Below, piece by piece: positions 12,156 through 26,249 of a DNA stretch of 64,000 nucleotides (its first letter is position 1; each line of letters opens with the position of its first letter). The stretch is taken from positions 107,384,001 to 107,448,000 of the forward strand of contig OZ024740.1 of NCBI GenBank assembly GCA_964016885.1, written 5' to 3'. This DNA comes from Eledone cirrhosa. Its lineage: Eukaryota. The position numbers and the translations under genes are program-made. The notes beneath the pieces were generated by a model that saw only the letters and a program-made list of their open reading frames with translations, ran no database searches and was not told the origin of the DNA.

Positions 12156-12574
12156 CCCTTATCATACTAAACCAGCCCTCGTATACACACGTATACATTT
12201 TAAAGTGTTTATAGTTTTCTAAAAACCTTCCATCATATAAATTATGTTGCAAGCACCAGATTAATAATGAGAAAATGACTGTATATACTTGAATATAAGC
12301 TGAGGAATATGTGCCCAAAACATCGTTAAAATTGGAAATCGGTTTATATTCAGGGTTAATATTTATGTGTTAATTAGTTGCCTCAGTTTATAAGCAGGGT
12401 TTGGATTATATTCAAGTATATACAGTAGTTATACTACTAAATCCCTTCAAATTCTTTGATATTCAAAATAATTTGAAAATCATAAGCAATGTCTTTTGTT
12501 AGAAATATAGTAACAAAAAGCAGTTTTGTATCATAGAACCAGGTGCAGTTTCAGGCAATTTCATATCAAAAGGG
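12156..12574. mobile_element. piggyBac-like MITE hosting a pogo/Tigger-like MITE
   Basis: TTAA|CCC...GGG|TTAA termini. Confidence 0.7.
12279..12425. mobile_element. pogo/Tigger-like MITE
   Basis: 20-bp TIRs CTGTATATACTTGAATATAA / TTATATTCAAGTATATACAG with TA on the right; relatives at ~11350-11468, 17250-17430, 38907-39020. Confidence 0.7.
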
Positions 12575-12597
12575 TTAATTATAAAAATTGGATTTAC

Positions 12598-12682
12598 CTG
12601 ATTGTCATATCCCATGATGAAGAAAATAATAAATGTGGATCCTTGTGGGCAAATTTTAATCCTGTTATAACATTGTTATGAG
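12598..12682 (-). CDS. WDR89: WDR89-like coding exon 3 (AHNNVITGLKFAHKDPHLLFSSSWDMTI)
   Basis: AG/GTAAAT boundaries, 85 nt, canonical WD40 repeat signature. Confidence 0.92.
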
Positions 12683-13999
12683 CTAAAAATATAATGAAAG
12701 CCACAGCATTACAATACAAAAAATTACACAGATTGTATTTTGGTTTACATCCAACATTTAATTTATTAACTTTGAAAGTCCTATACCATATTAAAATGCA
12801 TTATTAACAAGACATTCTTAAACAGCACATATGACTGCATCACAATAAAAATTTAAGCCTCAAATTTTCTCAATGATCTTCTTGCCACATTTGAACTAAC
12901 AAACCTGTTTTTATATATTTTCAACCAAATCATTACAGGATGTTAAGACTTAAAGAAGGATAATTATATATATACAACAGATAATTACATATAGATGAAA
13001 AAATTAAATCTCACTATTACATGACAGATAATAGATTTTAGTAGTGAAATATTTGTTTTATTCAGTTGAAAGTTAGTTATTTCACTGAACCACTTACAAT
13101 TCTTGAATATCACATTATATTCTGTTAAAACACAGAAACAGAATATATTCTTGTTAGAAATATGGTCACAAAAGAGTTAACCCTTTCATTACCATACTTC
13201 TAATAAAAAAACACGAATGGTTTTCAAATAATTTTGGAAATAATCAAGAAGTTGGAGGGATTTAGTGATATAACTAACTTTCTCGTGATTTATCTAGTGT
13301 TTGGAGTATAATTTAACAAAAGAATGTACAGAAAATTATGATAGGTTTTCAGATAAATATAAACCTTTTAAACATCATGTGATTAGAAAGTGGCAGTGGA
13401 ATTTGAAAATTGAATTGGTAACTTTGCTGTATATTTTTTTTACTACAGAAAATAAATCTAATAATAATTTCTACTATAAGCACAAGGCCAGCAATTTGAG
13501 AAGAGGTGAAAGTCGATTAAATCAACCTCAGTGCATTACTGGTGCTTTATTTTATCAACCTCGTAAGGATGAAAGGCAAGCAAAGCTAACCTTGACGTCT
13601 AATAATAAGAGAGCATAGAATCCAATCTTTCAATTTTATTCGATAATTCTGTCAAACCCTCAAAAACAGTCTTCTTGTATTTAAACTCTGATTACTGTTA
13701 TACATTCGTTTAATAACCTTTTCGTATTTAAACACTGATTACTGTTATACATTCGTTTAAATTATGGTCGAATTTGTAGGTTTAGATTATAAAAAGAAAA
13801 AAAAAAAAATAACCTTCTCGGTAACTTCCGCATACCCCCCCCCCCCCCCCCCCCCCATTATTAGATGGTCCAATCATACATAATTCAGCGGCTTATATGT
13901 TTCTCTTACCAATCTCTTACACAAAACCACCGCCTTGGCTATTCACTCCTTAAGTTTAAACCTGGTTGCCTTTGATATGCTAGATGGACTGTGGAATTC

Positions 14000-16900
14000 T
14001 GGAGAGTACGAAGAATCTGAACAATGTCAAAGATAAAGATAAATTCAGCTCATGGGCCAGACGAAAATGCAAGGATACCTCTTTATTTCAGACGCGGATG
14101 GCAAACATAACCCCATCTCCCTCACTCCTCCCTACACCTCCAACCCATCCCTTCCACCCACCAAACGAAATCCAAAACTTCAGAGTTAGTACCATGAATG
14201 TAGGCACTTTAAAAGGTCGCTCTAACGAGGTTGTAGAGATGCTTGAATGTAAGGGAGTTGATGCTTGTTGCGTCTAAGAGACTAGGTGGAGGGGTGGGTC
14301 TGCTAGATTCATTGTGAGTAAAAAACGATGCTATAAACTTTTCTGGGTGGGAAATGAAAATGGGCTGGGTGGAGTAGGAATTGTGTTAGCAGAAAAATAG
14401 GTAGATAAGGTAATTGACATAAATAGAGTAAGCGACAGAATAATCAAGACTTGTCCTAAATAGAACTACTGTGATAATAATATCCGCTTACGCACCCCAA
14501 TCTGGACTGCCTGGCGTTATAAAAGACAGTTTCTATGTGTTGCTAATGCTCACTACCTCCCAACTAACCAACAGTGACTACATAATTATTGCTGGCGACT
14601 TAAATGGTCATGTTGGACATCATTGTGACGGCTATGACGGAATCCATGGAGGCTACGGGTTTGGTACCAGAAATGAGGAAGGCTTCAGAATCCTGGAATT
14701 CTGTGACGCAAATAACCTAACTATCTGTAACACAAACTTCAAAAAACGAGACAATCACTTGATTACCTATAGATCAGGGGAACACACCAGTCAGATAGAT
14801 TATATCCTTACCAGAAGACGTGACAATGTGTCTGTTGTAAACACTAAATTCCTCCCCCGCGAAGAATGCATCTCCCAACATAGCCTCATAGTTAGTGACC
14901 TCATAGTCAGGACGACATGTACTCAATAACAGAGGAGGACCACCCTGAGAAGAAGAATATGGAAGTTAACCCCACAGCCAGTAACAAATTTAAAAGCATA
15001 TTACTTGATGCTTTTGACAGTAAGGAAGAGCAATTAGAGACGTACAGTATAGAGGAACAGTGGGAATTCCTGAACGTTAACCTGCTGAAGGCGATAGATG
15101 AAATCTGTGGCTGGAGCAGATCTATAGGCAGGAGGCTTGGAAGTGTCACTACGATAGGCTACTAAATGAGGAGAATAAGTGGGAAAAAGATAGTCTGCCC
15201 CAAATCGATCCAATAGAGGGACCAGCAGTGCAAGTTGAAGGTAGTATAAGTAAGGCAATCAAAGATATGAAGACAGGCAAAGCAGCTGGAACTTCGCAGA
15301 TAGTTGCTGAAATGCTGAAAGCATTTGGATCGGTGAGACACACTATGGTCACCCGGATAGTAAACCAAGTCATACAGAATGGGGTCATACCAAATGACTG
15401 GCATAGCATCATCATCATTAACTGCTACAAGGGTAAAGGAGATGCCCTAGATAGGGGAAACTATAGAGGCATTAAATTAATTATATATATAAAATTAATA
15501 TATATTAAATTAATTATATATATAAAAAGTTATAGCGCAACTAATCAGAGAGCGAATTGATCTAGAGGAAATGCAGTAGACTCTCTTTTCCTTGTACGAC
15601 AACTACAGGAGAAGTACCTAGCTAAAAGTAAACCCCTATACTTAGCTTTTGTTAACTTGGAGAAAACATTTGACAGAGTCCCCCGTGCCATTATCTGGTG
15701 GGCCCTTAGAAAACTAGGGGTTGATGAATGGCTTGTGAGAGCTATACAAGCCATGTATAAAGAAACAGTCAGCAAGGTTAGAATTAACAACGAATATAGT
15801 GAAGAATTTAGCGTAAAAGTTGGTGTTCATCAGGGCTCTGTCCTTAGCCCCCTCGTATTTATTATTGCCCTTCAGGCTATAACAGAGGAATTCAAGACCG
15901 GCTGTCCATGGGAACTTCTAGACGCAGATGATCTAACACTCATAGCTGAATCAATGGCTGAACTAGAGAAGGAATTCCAAACTTGGAAGCACGGCCTAGA
16001 ATCAAAAGGCCTTAAAATTATCTTGTCTAAGACTAAAGTTCTAGTATGTAAGAAGCAAAATAGGGCACTGGTCTCCTCTGGGAAATGGCCATGCTCAGTG
16101 TGTAGGAAAGGAGTAGGCAGAAACTCCATTTTATGTCCCAAATGCAAAGTATGGGTACATAAAAGATGTAGTGGGATCACAGGTAAGCTAACTAAGAACA
16201 TAGATTTTATATGTGACCGGTGCTCAGGTGCAATAAGTAGTAGCAAGTGCCCACAGGATACTAGCTCCTTCCATTGCCCAGATGGTTCTATAGAAATAGT
16301 GGACACCTTCCATTACCTGGGTGACGAAATCAGCAGTGGTGGAGGGTGCTCTGAAAGTACAGTAGCTAGAGTCAGAACGGGATGGAAAAAGTTCAGAGAG
16401 CTTATACCACTATTGGCCGCTAAAGGTTTCTCTCTAAAAATGAAAGGTAGACTGTATGATGCCTGCATACGAACAGCAATGTTACATGGCAGTGAGGCAC
16501 AGGCATTGTGTGTAGAGGATCTGTGCAGACTGGAGAGGAACGAAGCTTTCATGCTCCGTTGGATGTGTAATAGTAATATATGTGAACGGCAAAGCATAAA
16601 TGAACTAAGTGAGAAATTAGGTATAAGAGGGATCAGATGCTGTTTACTCGAGAGAAGGCTACGTTGGTATGGTCACATGATGCGCATGAAAGACGACAGC
16701 TGTATAAAAAAGTGCAGGGCGATCAAAATAGATGGAAGTTACAGGGTAGGTAGACCCAGAAAAACCTGGGACGACTTGATAAATTCCGACCTTACACACT
16801 TACACACTTACACCTCTCCAAGACAATGTCACTGGACCGACATCTTTGGTGCTGCACAGTAATACAGAAAACCCGCCTTGCCTAAGTACAAAGCACAACA

Positions 16901-17142
16901 TCCAGTCCTAAATAAATGAAGTCATGTAGGTGTCACGACAAAAAAAAACACACAGTCCACGCTGTAATGTGGCCGTGTAGGTAACACGGTAAAAACCTCT
17001 CAGTCCACACTGTAAACGTGGTTGGTGTTAGGAAGGGCATCCAGCCGTAGAAAACCCGCCAGACAACCAATCTTGCCTCACGTGGGACAACTCCCGTCTA
17101 ACCCATGCTAGCATGGAAGATAGACGTTAAATGATGATGATA
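14000..17142 (+). mobile_element. Long RTE LINE copy: APE - RT - PHD finger - thumb - 3' UTR - (GAT)n, inactivated
   Basis: NVGTL, GDLNGH, SQIDY APE motifs; GVHQGSVLSP and DADD (YADD variant) RT motifs; 401-aa ORF 15657-16862; stops and internal deletions. Confidence 0.93.
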
Positions 17143-17570
17143 AGTCGCTAGAATAGAAAAAAATAGGCATTGGTGTGCATATTTTTTCCCATTATATACT
17201 GTTATTAATTATTTTCTGTAGTAAAAAAAAATACGGAAAAGTTAGTACCGCATATGCTTGAAAGCCGAGGAATATGTGACCAAAAAATTGATGTAAAATG
17301 AGGGAGCAGCTTATATATGCCATCTAAACAATGTGCTGATTAGTTGCCTTGGCTTATAAATGGGGTTTCGATTTTTGCCCATTTCTCAGACATGAAATAG
17401 GGGATCAGCTTATATTCAAGTATATATGGTAATTTAATTCAATTATCATAAACCCTTTAAAACAAAGAGTTTTGTATTCTAGAACGAACGGTGGTTTGGA
17501 ATCAAAAGGGTTAATATATAACTATATGTTAAGATAAATTAGTATAAAAGAAAAAGAAAGTTGACATCAC

Positions 17571-17677
17571 CATCAATCTGTTGCTTAGTAGCCATATTAT
17601 GCCTGGCATGTAAACGTATATTATAGCTGCTGCTGCTGCATGCCAATAATCGGTCATCTGTTTCAGAAGATTCAGAG
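17571..17677 (-). CDS. WDR89: WDR89-like coding exon 2 (SSESSETDDRLLACSSSSYNIRLHARHNMATKQQID)
   Basis: tttcttttag acceptor, GTGATG donor, 107 nt, phases 2/1 consistent; resembles WDR89 LVAVLCSNGSIRIY (recalled sequence). Confidence 0.85.
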
Positions 17678-17894
17678 CTAAAAGAAATAATATTGAAAAC
17701 AAATTTATTGCAATATATAATTAGGAAATAAATTTCATTTTAAACAAAACCAACATTTTTCTTTTCAAATTTCAAGTTATTCAAAATTTAAGTAAACTAT
17801 GTATTCTCGATATATTCTATGAGTGGGTGTGGATATGTATTTTGTATGTGAGGAAGTATGTATGTGTGTCTAAAAAGTCTAAAGTCTGTCCTAA

Positions 17895-18100
17895 GCCAGA
17901 AGACTCATTTGGCCAGTGCTTATCCCGGTTTCATGGCACTTGAAGTACAGGACGCCAGTCCATCACAGGGTTAAACGCCCAGCTATTGCTGGTACTCATT
18001 TTCAGCTGATTATACTGGAGCAACGTGAAATGAAGTGTTTTGCTCAAGAAGACAGTAAATTGAACCCATGACATTATGATCGTAAGTCCAATACGCTTAC
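17895..18100 (-). mobile_element. SINE fragment (second tRNA-SINE family)
   Basis: TTGAGCAAAACACTTCATTTCAC core; copies at 24620-24870 and 61920-62120. Confidence 0.7.
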
Positions 18101-19922
18101 CACAATTATTCAGCAGAGTGCTCAATACTTGGAAAGTGTAAATATAGCAGCAGGTCAGGACCCACCAGCTGAGCTTTTGCCATTTAAACAGCAAATTATA
18201 TATCATAAGCATCATCATTGTTGTTTAACATCCATTTTCCACGCTAGCATGGGATTGACGGGTTGTCCCATTAGAGGCAAGTTGGGTCAGGTGACCGTGT
18301 CTTGCTCATCATGTTGTACTGCAGAAGACCATGTGCACAAAATGAAATGAAACAAACGTGTAGAGGACACTAGTCTGAACCAATTCTCTCTCTGCTCTTC
18401 TCCAGTCTCAATGCCTCGCTTCACCTGCTAAATAGCCCACACACCTAGTCAATGATGAACTTGCTTACCTGTCCCCTACACCAAACCCTCATCCCTGATG
18501 CACCTCCTCTGCATAGAGGAATGAAAGCTAGACACACTCAACATCTGCTCTCACAATATCATTGCCACAACAAAAAGCACCCAATCCACCCAGTAAGGTG
18601 GTTGGTGTTAGGAAGGGCATCCAGCCCAAAATACAGATCATATGAGCATGACATGGTCTCCGAACCTGACTTGTCTCATAACATGACAACCCGTCAAACC
18701 TACAAAAGCACGGAAAATGGACATTAAACGATGATGATATATATATATATATATATACACACACATCTAAACACACCACAATTCAAAAGAAACAACTTTA
18801 CTAAAAAAAACATCACACCACCAAAAACAATTCTTAATCATCATCATTTAACGTCTATTTTCCATGCTAGCATGGGTTAGATGGTTTTGTCTCATTAGAG
18901 GCAGTTGGGTCAGGTGACTGTGTCTCGCTCATATAAGACTGTTTCTGGCTGTTTTTTTACGGCTGGATACTCTTCCTAATGACAACCACATGAAAAAAAA
19001 ATTCCTACCAAAAGTTTTTATTACATTACTATCATCCATTTTTTATTTCTATATTTGTCATTGTTTTTTCAATAAAACACTCAATTATTTTTATATCTAC
19101 TTTTATTTATTTTTCTTTTGTTTTTGTATTTATCTACAAACCCCGAAAATAAACTTGAATTCTTGACACAATAGAACTCCACCTAAATACACATACAGAA
19201 TAACAAATTGCCATCTGAGCCTTTATTCTAAATAGAAAAGGAACTTTCTATTTAAAACAATAGAATTTTCTAATAAATCAATTGAATCCTGATTTGTTGA
19301 ACCCCATTTTAACCATTTCCTAGCATATTCTCTGTCTCTATGTTGTTCTGTTGTCACACATGCAGTTTTCCGGTGGCTTGTTCAAGCCATTGTGCAACCT
19401 GGGCCCAATATTATGTAATCTACCCTTATGTACAAGATGACGTCACAGCCTGTCAGGCAAACAGTGAAACTAATTAATTCTGTGATGATCCGCCATACCC
19501 ATGGAAAAATCATCATTTTACATCCACTTTCATTGATTTTCTATGGTCAAAGTCAGTTCTTATTTGGAGTTATTGCCCTCAAAGACATGTCAGTTGACCA
19601 CATCTCGCCTGTCTGTTCTATTTTTGGCATGTTCTCTCTATAACTAGATACCCTTCATTACACCAACCCTTTTCTAGAGTATACTGGGTGTATTTTATCA
19701 TGACACCAACACTAGTGAGGAAGTGAGGATGCTTTGTATCATGCAAGACTACATAGACATGACGCCCCTCCTCCCACAATAAAATATATCCAGTACACTC
19801 TGTAAAGTGGTTGGCATTAGGAAGAGCATCTAGTGGTAGAAAACAGGTTAAAATTGGAACATGAGACAAAGAATAACGATACTTATAGTTCTTAAAATAA
19901 AAGTTAAAACATATCAACCTAC

Positions 19923-20032
19923 CTTTGCTGAACATCCATGTGAAGAATATATTCATCTTCTACAGGTTTTAAAGATACAGCAGTTTTCTCACAAAAGTTT
20001 AATTTTCGCATCATATCATTCATAGATTCCAT
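19923..20032 (-). CDS. WDR89: WDR89-like WD40 protein, coding exon 1 (MESMNDMMRKLNFCEKTAVSLKPVEDEYILHMDVQQ)
   Basis: ATG in ACCATGG context at 20032; GTAGGT donor; ends in phase 2, matching the next exon. Confidence 0.85.
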
Positions 20033-20521
20033 GGTGAAGATCTTTAGTGACAATATAATATTCAAAGAGTTAAAGAAAATTCCTTTTCAGAACCAGTTTT
20101 AAGTATTTCTGATTCAGACACAAGGCCAACAATTCTGGGGAAGGGGAAAGTCGATTGAATTGACCCCAGTGCGTTACTGGTACTTTATTTTATCAATCCC
20201 ATAAGGATGAAGAGCAAAGCTAACCTCAACAGGATTTTAACTCAGATCGTAAAGGGCCGTAACTGTATGCCGTAAAGCATGTTGTCCGACGCTCTAGCGA
20301 TACTGCCAATTGGTGTATATAATAAAATTAATTAAATGAAGATGAACAGGACCTGACTGATCTGTATATGTAAATTCTGAATGACGTATTAGTTAAAGAA
20401 AAGGAAAGATGACATGCATGGGACATTACTTTGTCTCTTTTCCATGTATCTGCAGGAATTGTGTTTAAAACTAAAGTGTGTTTACTGCGTGGAAGTGTCA
20501 TTGTAGCCATTAAAAAACATA

Positions 20522-20580
<59 letters not shown>

Positions 20581-20618
20581 GGAAAATTTGAACAGGAACA
20601 AAACAGAGAGGCAGTACA

Positions 20619-20665
<47 letters not shown>

Positions 20666-20843
20666 CGTATAATAAAATAAATATGGTTTTATATATATAG
20701 TTTCCATTTATTAATATATTGTATATTTACTCCACTAATCAATTGAGTGCTTTACACAAGTTATACATTTTTTTAAACTTGTTGAATCCCAACAAATTAA
20801 ATATAACCTCTGCATATATATAGATAAATCATTTATTTCTTAC

Positions 20844-20900
20844 TATCGAAATTTTCGTCGCACTGTCTGCCGCTTGGTTACTGACATACTTCCACACACA
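20844..20900 (-). promoter_or_regulatory. Probable non-coding first exon / promoter of the WDR89-like gene
   Basis: Small CpG-containing patch with GGAAGT (ETS-like) motif, followed by a GTAAGA donor (20838-20843), ~0.8 kb upstream of the ATG exon. Confidence 0.4.
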
Positions 20901-21099
20901 GTCCCAAACAAGTACAACTCCGAAATAAATTATGTTTGATAATGATTAAAGAAAAATGGTTGTAATTGATTTAAATTAATGTAAAATTAAATTCTTGATC
21001 AGAAATTGCCGTCTATTGAAATGGAAAGAAAGCCAGGTTTAGTGGTAAAAATGTTGAACAAAAACTAAATTAATTAGATTTAGTGATAAAATATGTAAC

Positions 21100-21290
21100 G
21101 ATGTCGGCGAAGTTCTTGACATCGTTAGTGGCTCGCCATACCGTGGCGTCAGGTAATGCCTGTGAGGGTGCTTGGTTGTTTCCGCGCCTTAGCCTCGCCA
21201 TCACCCATGGTAATACTGGCAGCGTCTTGGCTCGCCTCAAAAAGTGTGCCAATGCCGCTTGTGGTGTGTGACCGATTGACGCACTTAGTG
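21100..21290 (+). mobile_element. CRE-like non-LTR retrotransposon 3' end (restriction-like endonuclease tail)
   Basis: AWLFPRLSLAITHGNTGSVL resembles the QRLSxAxQRGNAxSVL C-terminal motif; copies at 21850-22230 (-), 25770-26055 (+), 31995-32230 (-), 49810-49920 (-). Confidence 0.7.
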
Positions 21291-22754
21291 ATTATTGATG
21301 CTTATTTTTGTTTTTTCTCTCGTTTTGATTATATATTTTTTTGTTTTATATTTATAAGGTTCCTAGCAATAATTGATTTCATATATGTATTTCTATTTAA
21401 TCTTATATATTTGTTATTAATAAAGGGTAACAGAAATATGTAATTTTATTACAATTGTATAAATTTGCAGTAGAATAACATTGCAAATATTTTTTTAAAT
21501 ATATACATAAATAACATTATAAATTGTTCGCAATTAGTTCAGAAGGACATTACAAATATAATGTCTAAACCGTGTATAAAAATATAATAATTGTTTTTAC
21601 TTTTGGCACAAGGCCAGTAATTATCGCAGTGCATTACTGGTACTTTATTTTGTCGACAACGTAAGGATGAAAGGTAAAGTTAACCTCGGCGGGATTTGAA
21701 CTTAGAGCGTAAAGGGCCGTGACTCTATGCTGCAAAACATGGTGTCCGACTCTCTACCGATACTGCCAATCCAAAAATATAATAATACAAATTCATTGAA
21801 CAAAAATGATAAAGGAAAGAAAAAAGAAGGGAAAAAGAGGGCCACACCTCACACCTTAGGGGTTAACTACACACATGAGGCAAGCCAGCCAACACACTCG
21901 CAGCATTACGATGGGTGATGTCGAGGCTACGGCGCTGAAATAACCAGACACCCTCACGAGCATCACCTGAAACCTCAGTAAGGTGAGCCGCCAACCAGTG
22001 ATGACAAGAACTTCGCTGTCAGCGGCCCAACTCCACCGAACGCCATAGGCTGGAAAAAATTATTATTTGATAAGTCCTGGTATTTTCGAATTTTATTCCG
22101 TTCGGCAGCGGAAGCAGTGAACCCTATATTCACCGAGCGTCCATGACATGGGAGGTGAGCAAAAGAGTCACCAAGGGACAAAGGTAAGGCCGCCTGGTCT
22201 CTTCCCATCACTTCTGGATAAACCAGCCGGTTCCAGACCTGTGGGGATATTCACCCAAGCCAGGGCCCAATTGATGATCGAGAACCGGTGTTTAAAAAAC
22301 AGATACAATTGATATATTTTTTTAATGTAGAAATTCGAAAGAAATAAAAATAAAAAAAACGATTGCGTATTCCGAAACTCCCTACAACAATATGGCCAAA
22401 CGGTCGGTGAACAGAAACATAATCAAAGGAAAAGAGAAGTCACATTTTATTTAGATACACAAAACTAAACAATTCATTTATTTTAAATTGCCTTCTTTAG
22501 AAACTTACAGAGATCTAAGAAAATAAAAACATTAAATGCACTTAAATTCTGGTTTAAACATAAAATAAATTCTTTGATAACACTTTTAAAATCCCACAGC
22601 TTAGAGGTAAAGATTAGGGTTAGTAAATGGAGAAAGACAGTACACGAGGGGAAAGTTGCTTTTGAAGCATCTCGAATCGCATACGAGCAAGTAAAAAGGG
22701 ATGTCAGGAAAGGCATTGCTGTTACATTTGGAGACAGCTAAAGTCTTCCTATGT

Positions 22755-23016
22755 TTTTTCACGCTCAGAGTTGCTGAAGCATGGAACAAACTACCTGCAT
22801 CAGTTGTTAGCTGTCGAGACACTGCATCCTTTAAAACCTTCATGCTTTCTGAAATTCGCCAACACTACACCTGATATACCTCCTCCATACACACGCACAC
22901 ATATGACTCATACACTGTTCACTTTCATGACATTTGTACATTATTCTATGTACATGCACTTTTGATGAGTTGTAGTGCACCTGAGCACTGTACACAATAA
23001 TTTCATTATTATTATT
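22755..23016 (+). mobile_element. CR1-like LINE 3' end with (TTA)n tail
   Basis: Matches 48925-49200. Confidence 0.9.
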
Positions 23017-24899
23017 ATCGTGGTTGCCAACTCTGTGCAAGACATTTTAGATCATTGGCTGTGCTAAAAAGCCACATTCGTAATATATATGTTGTTTTTG
23101 TCGTGCAATGGCCATACTCGATAACAACGGGACAGCCATCATGAATATATATATATATATATATATATAAATTGTTGAGGTATATAGTTTCAATCCTTTA
23201 ACCCTCTTGGTATCAAGTCGCCTCAAAGTGTGCTTTTTTAAATTATTTTTATTTGCCTAAAAACCGTCAAACATAATTTTATGTAAGAACCTTTTTTAAG
23301 GTATGTTCCAAATATCAGCTTAATAATGAGAAAGATATATATCTATTATTTGAAGCATTAAACTAATATATTTCTTCATTGTACTGTGTCGTTTGCTTTG
23401 TTATTTCTGTTTACTTTTTACATACATATATATTTGTCTCTATGTATAGACTATAATGTATTTTCTCCTGTGACATTTTTTTCCTTGATTCAAGCGGTGA
23501 ACATGATTTTAATGTTCTGAATACCAGTTTTAGATCCACCTATAAACCGGTGGATTTTTTATCGTCATTAATGTTTCTCTTTTATTCCAAATATATATAC
23601 ATAATCATTAAATATAATTTCAATTAAATAATTATATTTTAGTGTGTTTGTCAAGAGTTTAATTGAGTAAATAATATATTTTATCGGAATGTAGTAAATT
23701 AAGAAATAAAAAGTTCAGTATTTCATTAATCTTATATGCTCGACATACAGATTAGTTTTTTAATAATTTTTTTAACGTTTTCTGTCTCGAACAAACAAGG
23801 AATTTGTAGATCGTTAAATTTTTATTAGGCATATATGATTTTCATTAAATTGCTAAAACAGTGACATGGAAGCATTTGAAAAAATAATTTTGCATATCTA
23901 AAATCATAAGGCTACAGTAAACATTAAAATTTAATTACATTTTAAGAAAAAATATCTAAATGAATTCCTTAATAAGATTAGAAACATTGAAGAATCGATA
24001 CATACTAGAGATAGATATAAAAGTAAACAATCAGATTAAAAGAAAAAGAAAGTTGTAAGGATAAGATGACAGATCAATTAACATTAAAAGTTCGATTTTA
24101 ATAGAGCAAAATTTACGATGTTTATGAGAAAGAAAATAGGAGTTAATGACAAGTATATCTGAATAAAGTTAGATTTTTAATATTATTACAACGTGTAATT
24201 AATTTTAATTGCCAGATTCTCGTTACGATGACATATTTTTGGTTTTGTTTTGTTTTTAAATTGATAACAAAAAGATTTTATCAATTACTTTTAATCGAAA
24301 TATATTAGATAGACAAAAATACCAATAAAATATGCCCATAATTACCTTTATCAATATTAGTGACAATAAAAGACGATGAATCTAGGAAATCTAAATGTTC
24401 AGTAACAGACCGTATTCACCGGTGTAATACAAACTTACGTTCCTATTCTGATAAATTGAAAAGAATTTAAAAATGTGTTAAAATTTTGCTTCTGAATTTT
24501 TCCATCAGCTTTTGTTGCCATTTTCATCGATTTTCAGTAGTTAAAATAACGTTGAAACAAAAAATTCATCAAGTCGAGTATCAAGATATGCTTTCTTTGA
24601 ATGTTAAAATCTATCCCAAGCCTGAAAGCTCATCAGGACGGTGCTTATACCGGTTTTATCGGCGTTAAGTGACTGAGAGTACAACATTTCCTCCTGGGTA
24701 TGACGCCAGTCCATCTTAGGGTTAACCTCTAGCTACAGCTGGTACTCATTTTCAGTTGAGTGTACTGGCGCAGTGTGAAATGAAGTGTTTTGCTCAAGAT
24801 CACAACTCACCACTCGGTCCAGGAATCGAACCTACGACATAATGATCGTAAGTCCATCACCCTTAGTAGGTTTATTAAGCTCAAGAGAAATGTGAGCTG

Positions 24900-25620
24900 T
24901 CTTTCGAATTTTGCGAAGGAAATTAGTAGCTCGAGGACCGAAGACACACGAGGTCTCGATGGTGATTGAGACGAATCGGAGGCAGGCGGGATATTGTTGG
25001 TCCAAGGAAGACTCAATCTACTTGATGCCGTCTCAGTTACGTTGGTGTTTTGTATATTGGGGGACGGCGGTGCCTTCGTCAGTCCGATTGGCCAGAGCTG
25101 AATCAAGTTTCCGGGTCACGTCAGGTTCCGTCGTCTCGTGGAGGACCTAGTTTCTACTGGGGGTGCGGCAGGAAAAGATTGAAGATAGGTAGGCCGGCGT
25201 CATCAGGTCAGAGGTGGAGGCCACCGAATTTCACGGTGAGTCTCACCTGTTGCCAGCTAGCGCTGTAGAAACTAACATTGCAAATAAGTTCTGCGCGGCG
25301 TCGAGTTCGATGAGGCGATCCGTGTAAGGGTGACAAGGCGCAGCATGAAGAGGAGTTTGGGAGGACAAAGCAGTTCCTCAGGTGGGGAGGGTGTCAATGA
25401 GGCGCAATCTCTCCATCATCCTCACCAAGTCTGCATGCATGATCTCCAAGCATTCTCGTATGGCTTTCGAAAGGATTGGAGAACTGAGAATGTAGACGGC
25501 GTTTTTCGGTGATGGCAGAGGCCCCATCAGGATTCTGAATATAACGTCTTGAAGTTTAGCTTCCCCGTAGCTTATATTTATCACCTCGGACTGGACGAGT
25601 TGATCTCAAGTCCAAGGAAC
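24900..25620 (-). mobile_element. Degenerate CRE-like LINE post-RT region
   Basis: Frameshifted LRNCF..P.LLFMLR and WQQVRLTVKFGGL segments resembling CRE/RLE-clade elements. Confidence 0.55.
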
Positions 25621-26249
25621 GATAGGGCTGGGATGACTTGCGAATGATCGATGTGTTATTCCATGACTAATTCTACGTGTCTGAAATACGAGGAGCCGTT
25701 AGTAGCTAATCTTCGTGCATTTCCAATCTATTATTTAACTGTGGCTTTTCTTTCGAGAGCGGCAAATCCCTAATTTGGGACGCAATGTACAGCGACTCGT
25801 TCTCCACCTCCAAACTTGTCACTTCGGCCACAAACCCGAGCTCCGCTGCTCATAATGCAGAGAAGAGGAAGATAGTCAAATACCAGGGCTTGACCGACCG
25901 CTTTCTCTTTCCACCGGAATCCATCAAGACCTTGATCCCGCACTGCTGCTTTCCTCCAGAAAATCGGAAAGACGTGGGCCCGTTTGAGGAGTGAGTCCCG
26001 TGAGGTGGGGTGGCTATTGCAGCGAGTGTCTCTGGTCATTCTCTGCGATAACGGTTTTGTCCGCAGGAGCTGGTACAGTAATGCGCCAGCTTCAGTAATC
26101 AGAAGAAGGGAGGTAGGCATAAAAGCCAAACTCGCTATCTTCAATTCATATCCGTGCCAACCCTTGCCTATGGTCATAAATCTTAGGTATTGACCGAAAG
26201 AATACGATCGCAAATATAAGCTGTCGAAATGGAATTCCTCCGAAGGATC

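Noticed and set aside
24620-24660. CTGATGAG on the minus strand as a hammerhead core
   Set aside because: No helix II followed by GAAA in the right order; it is a SINE 3' end.
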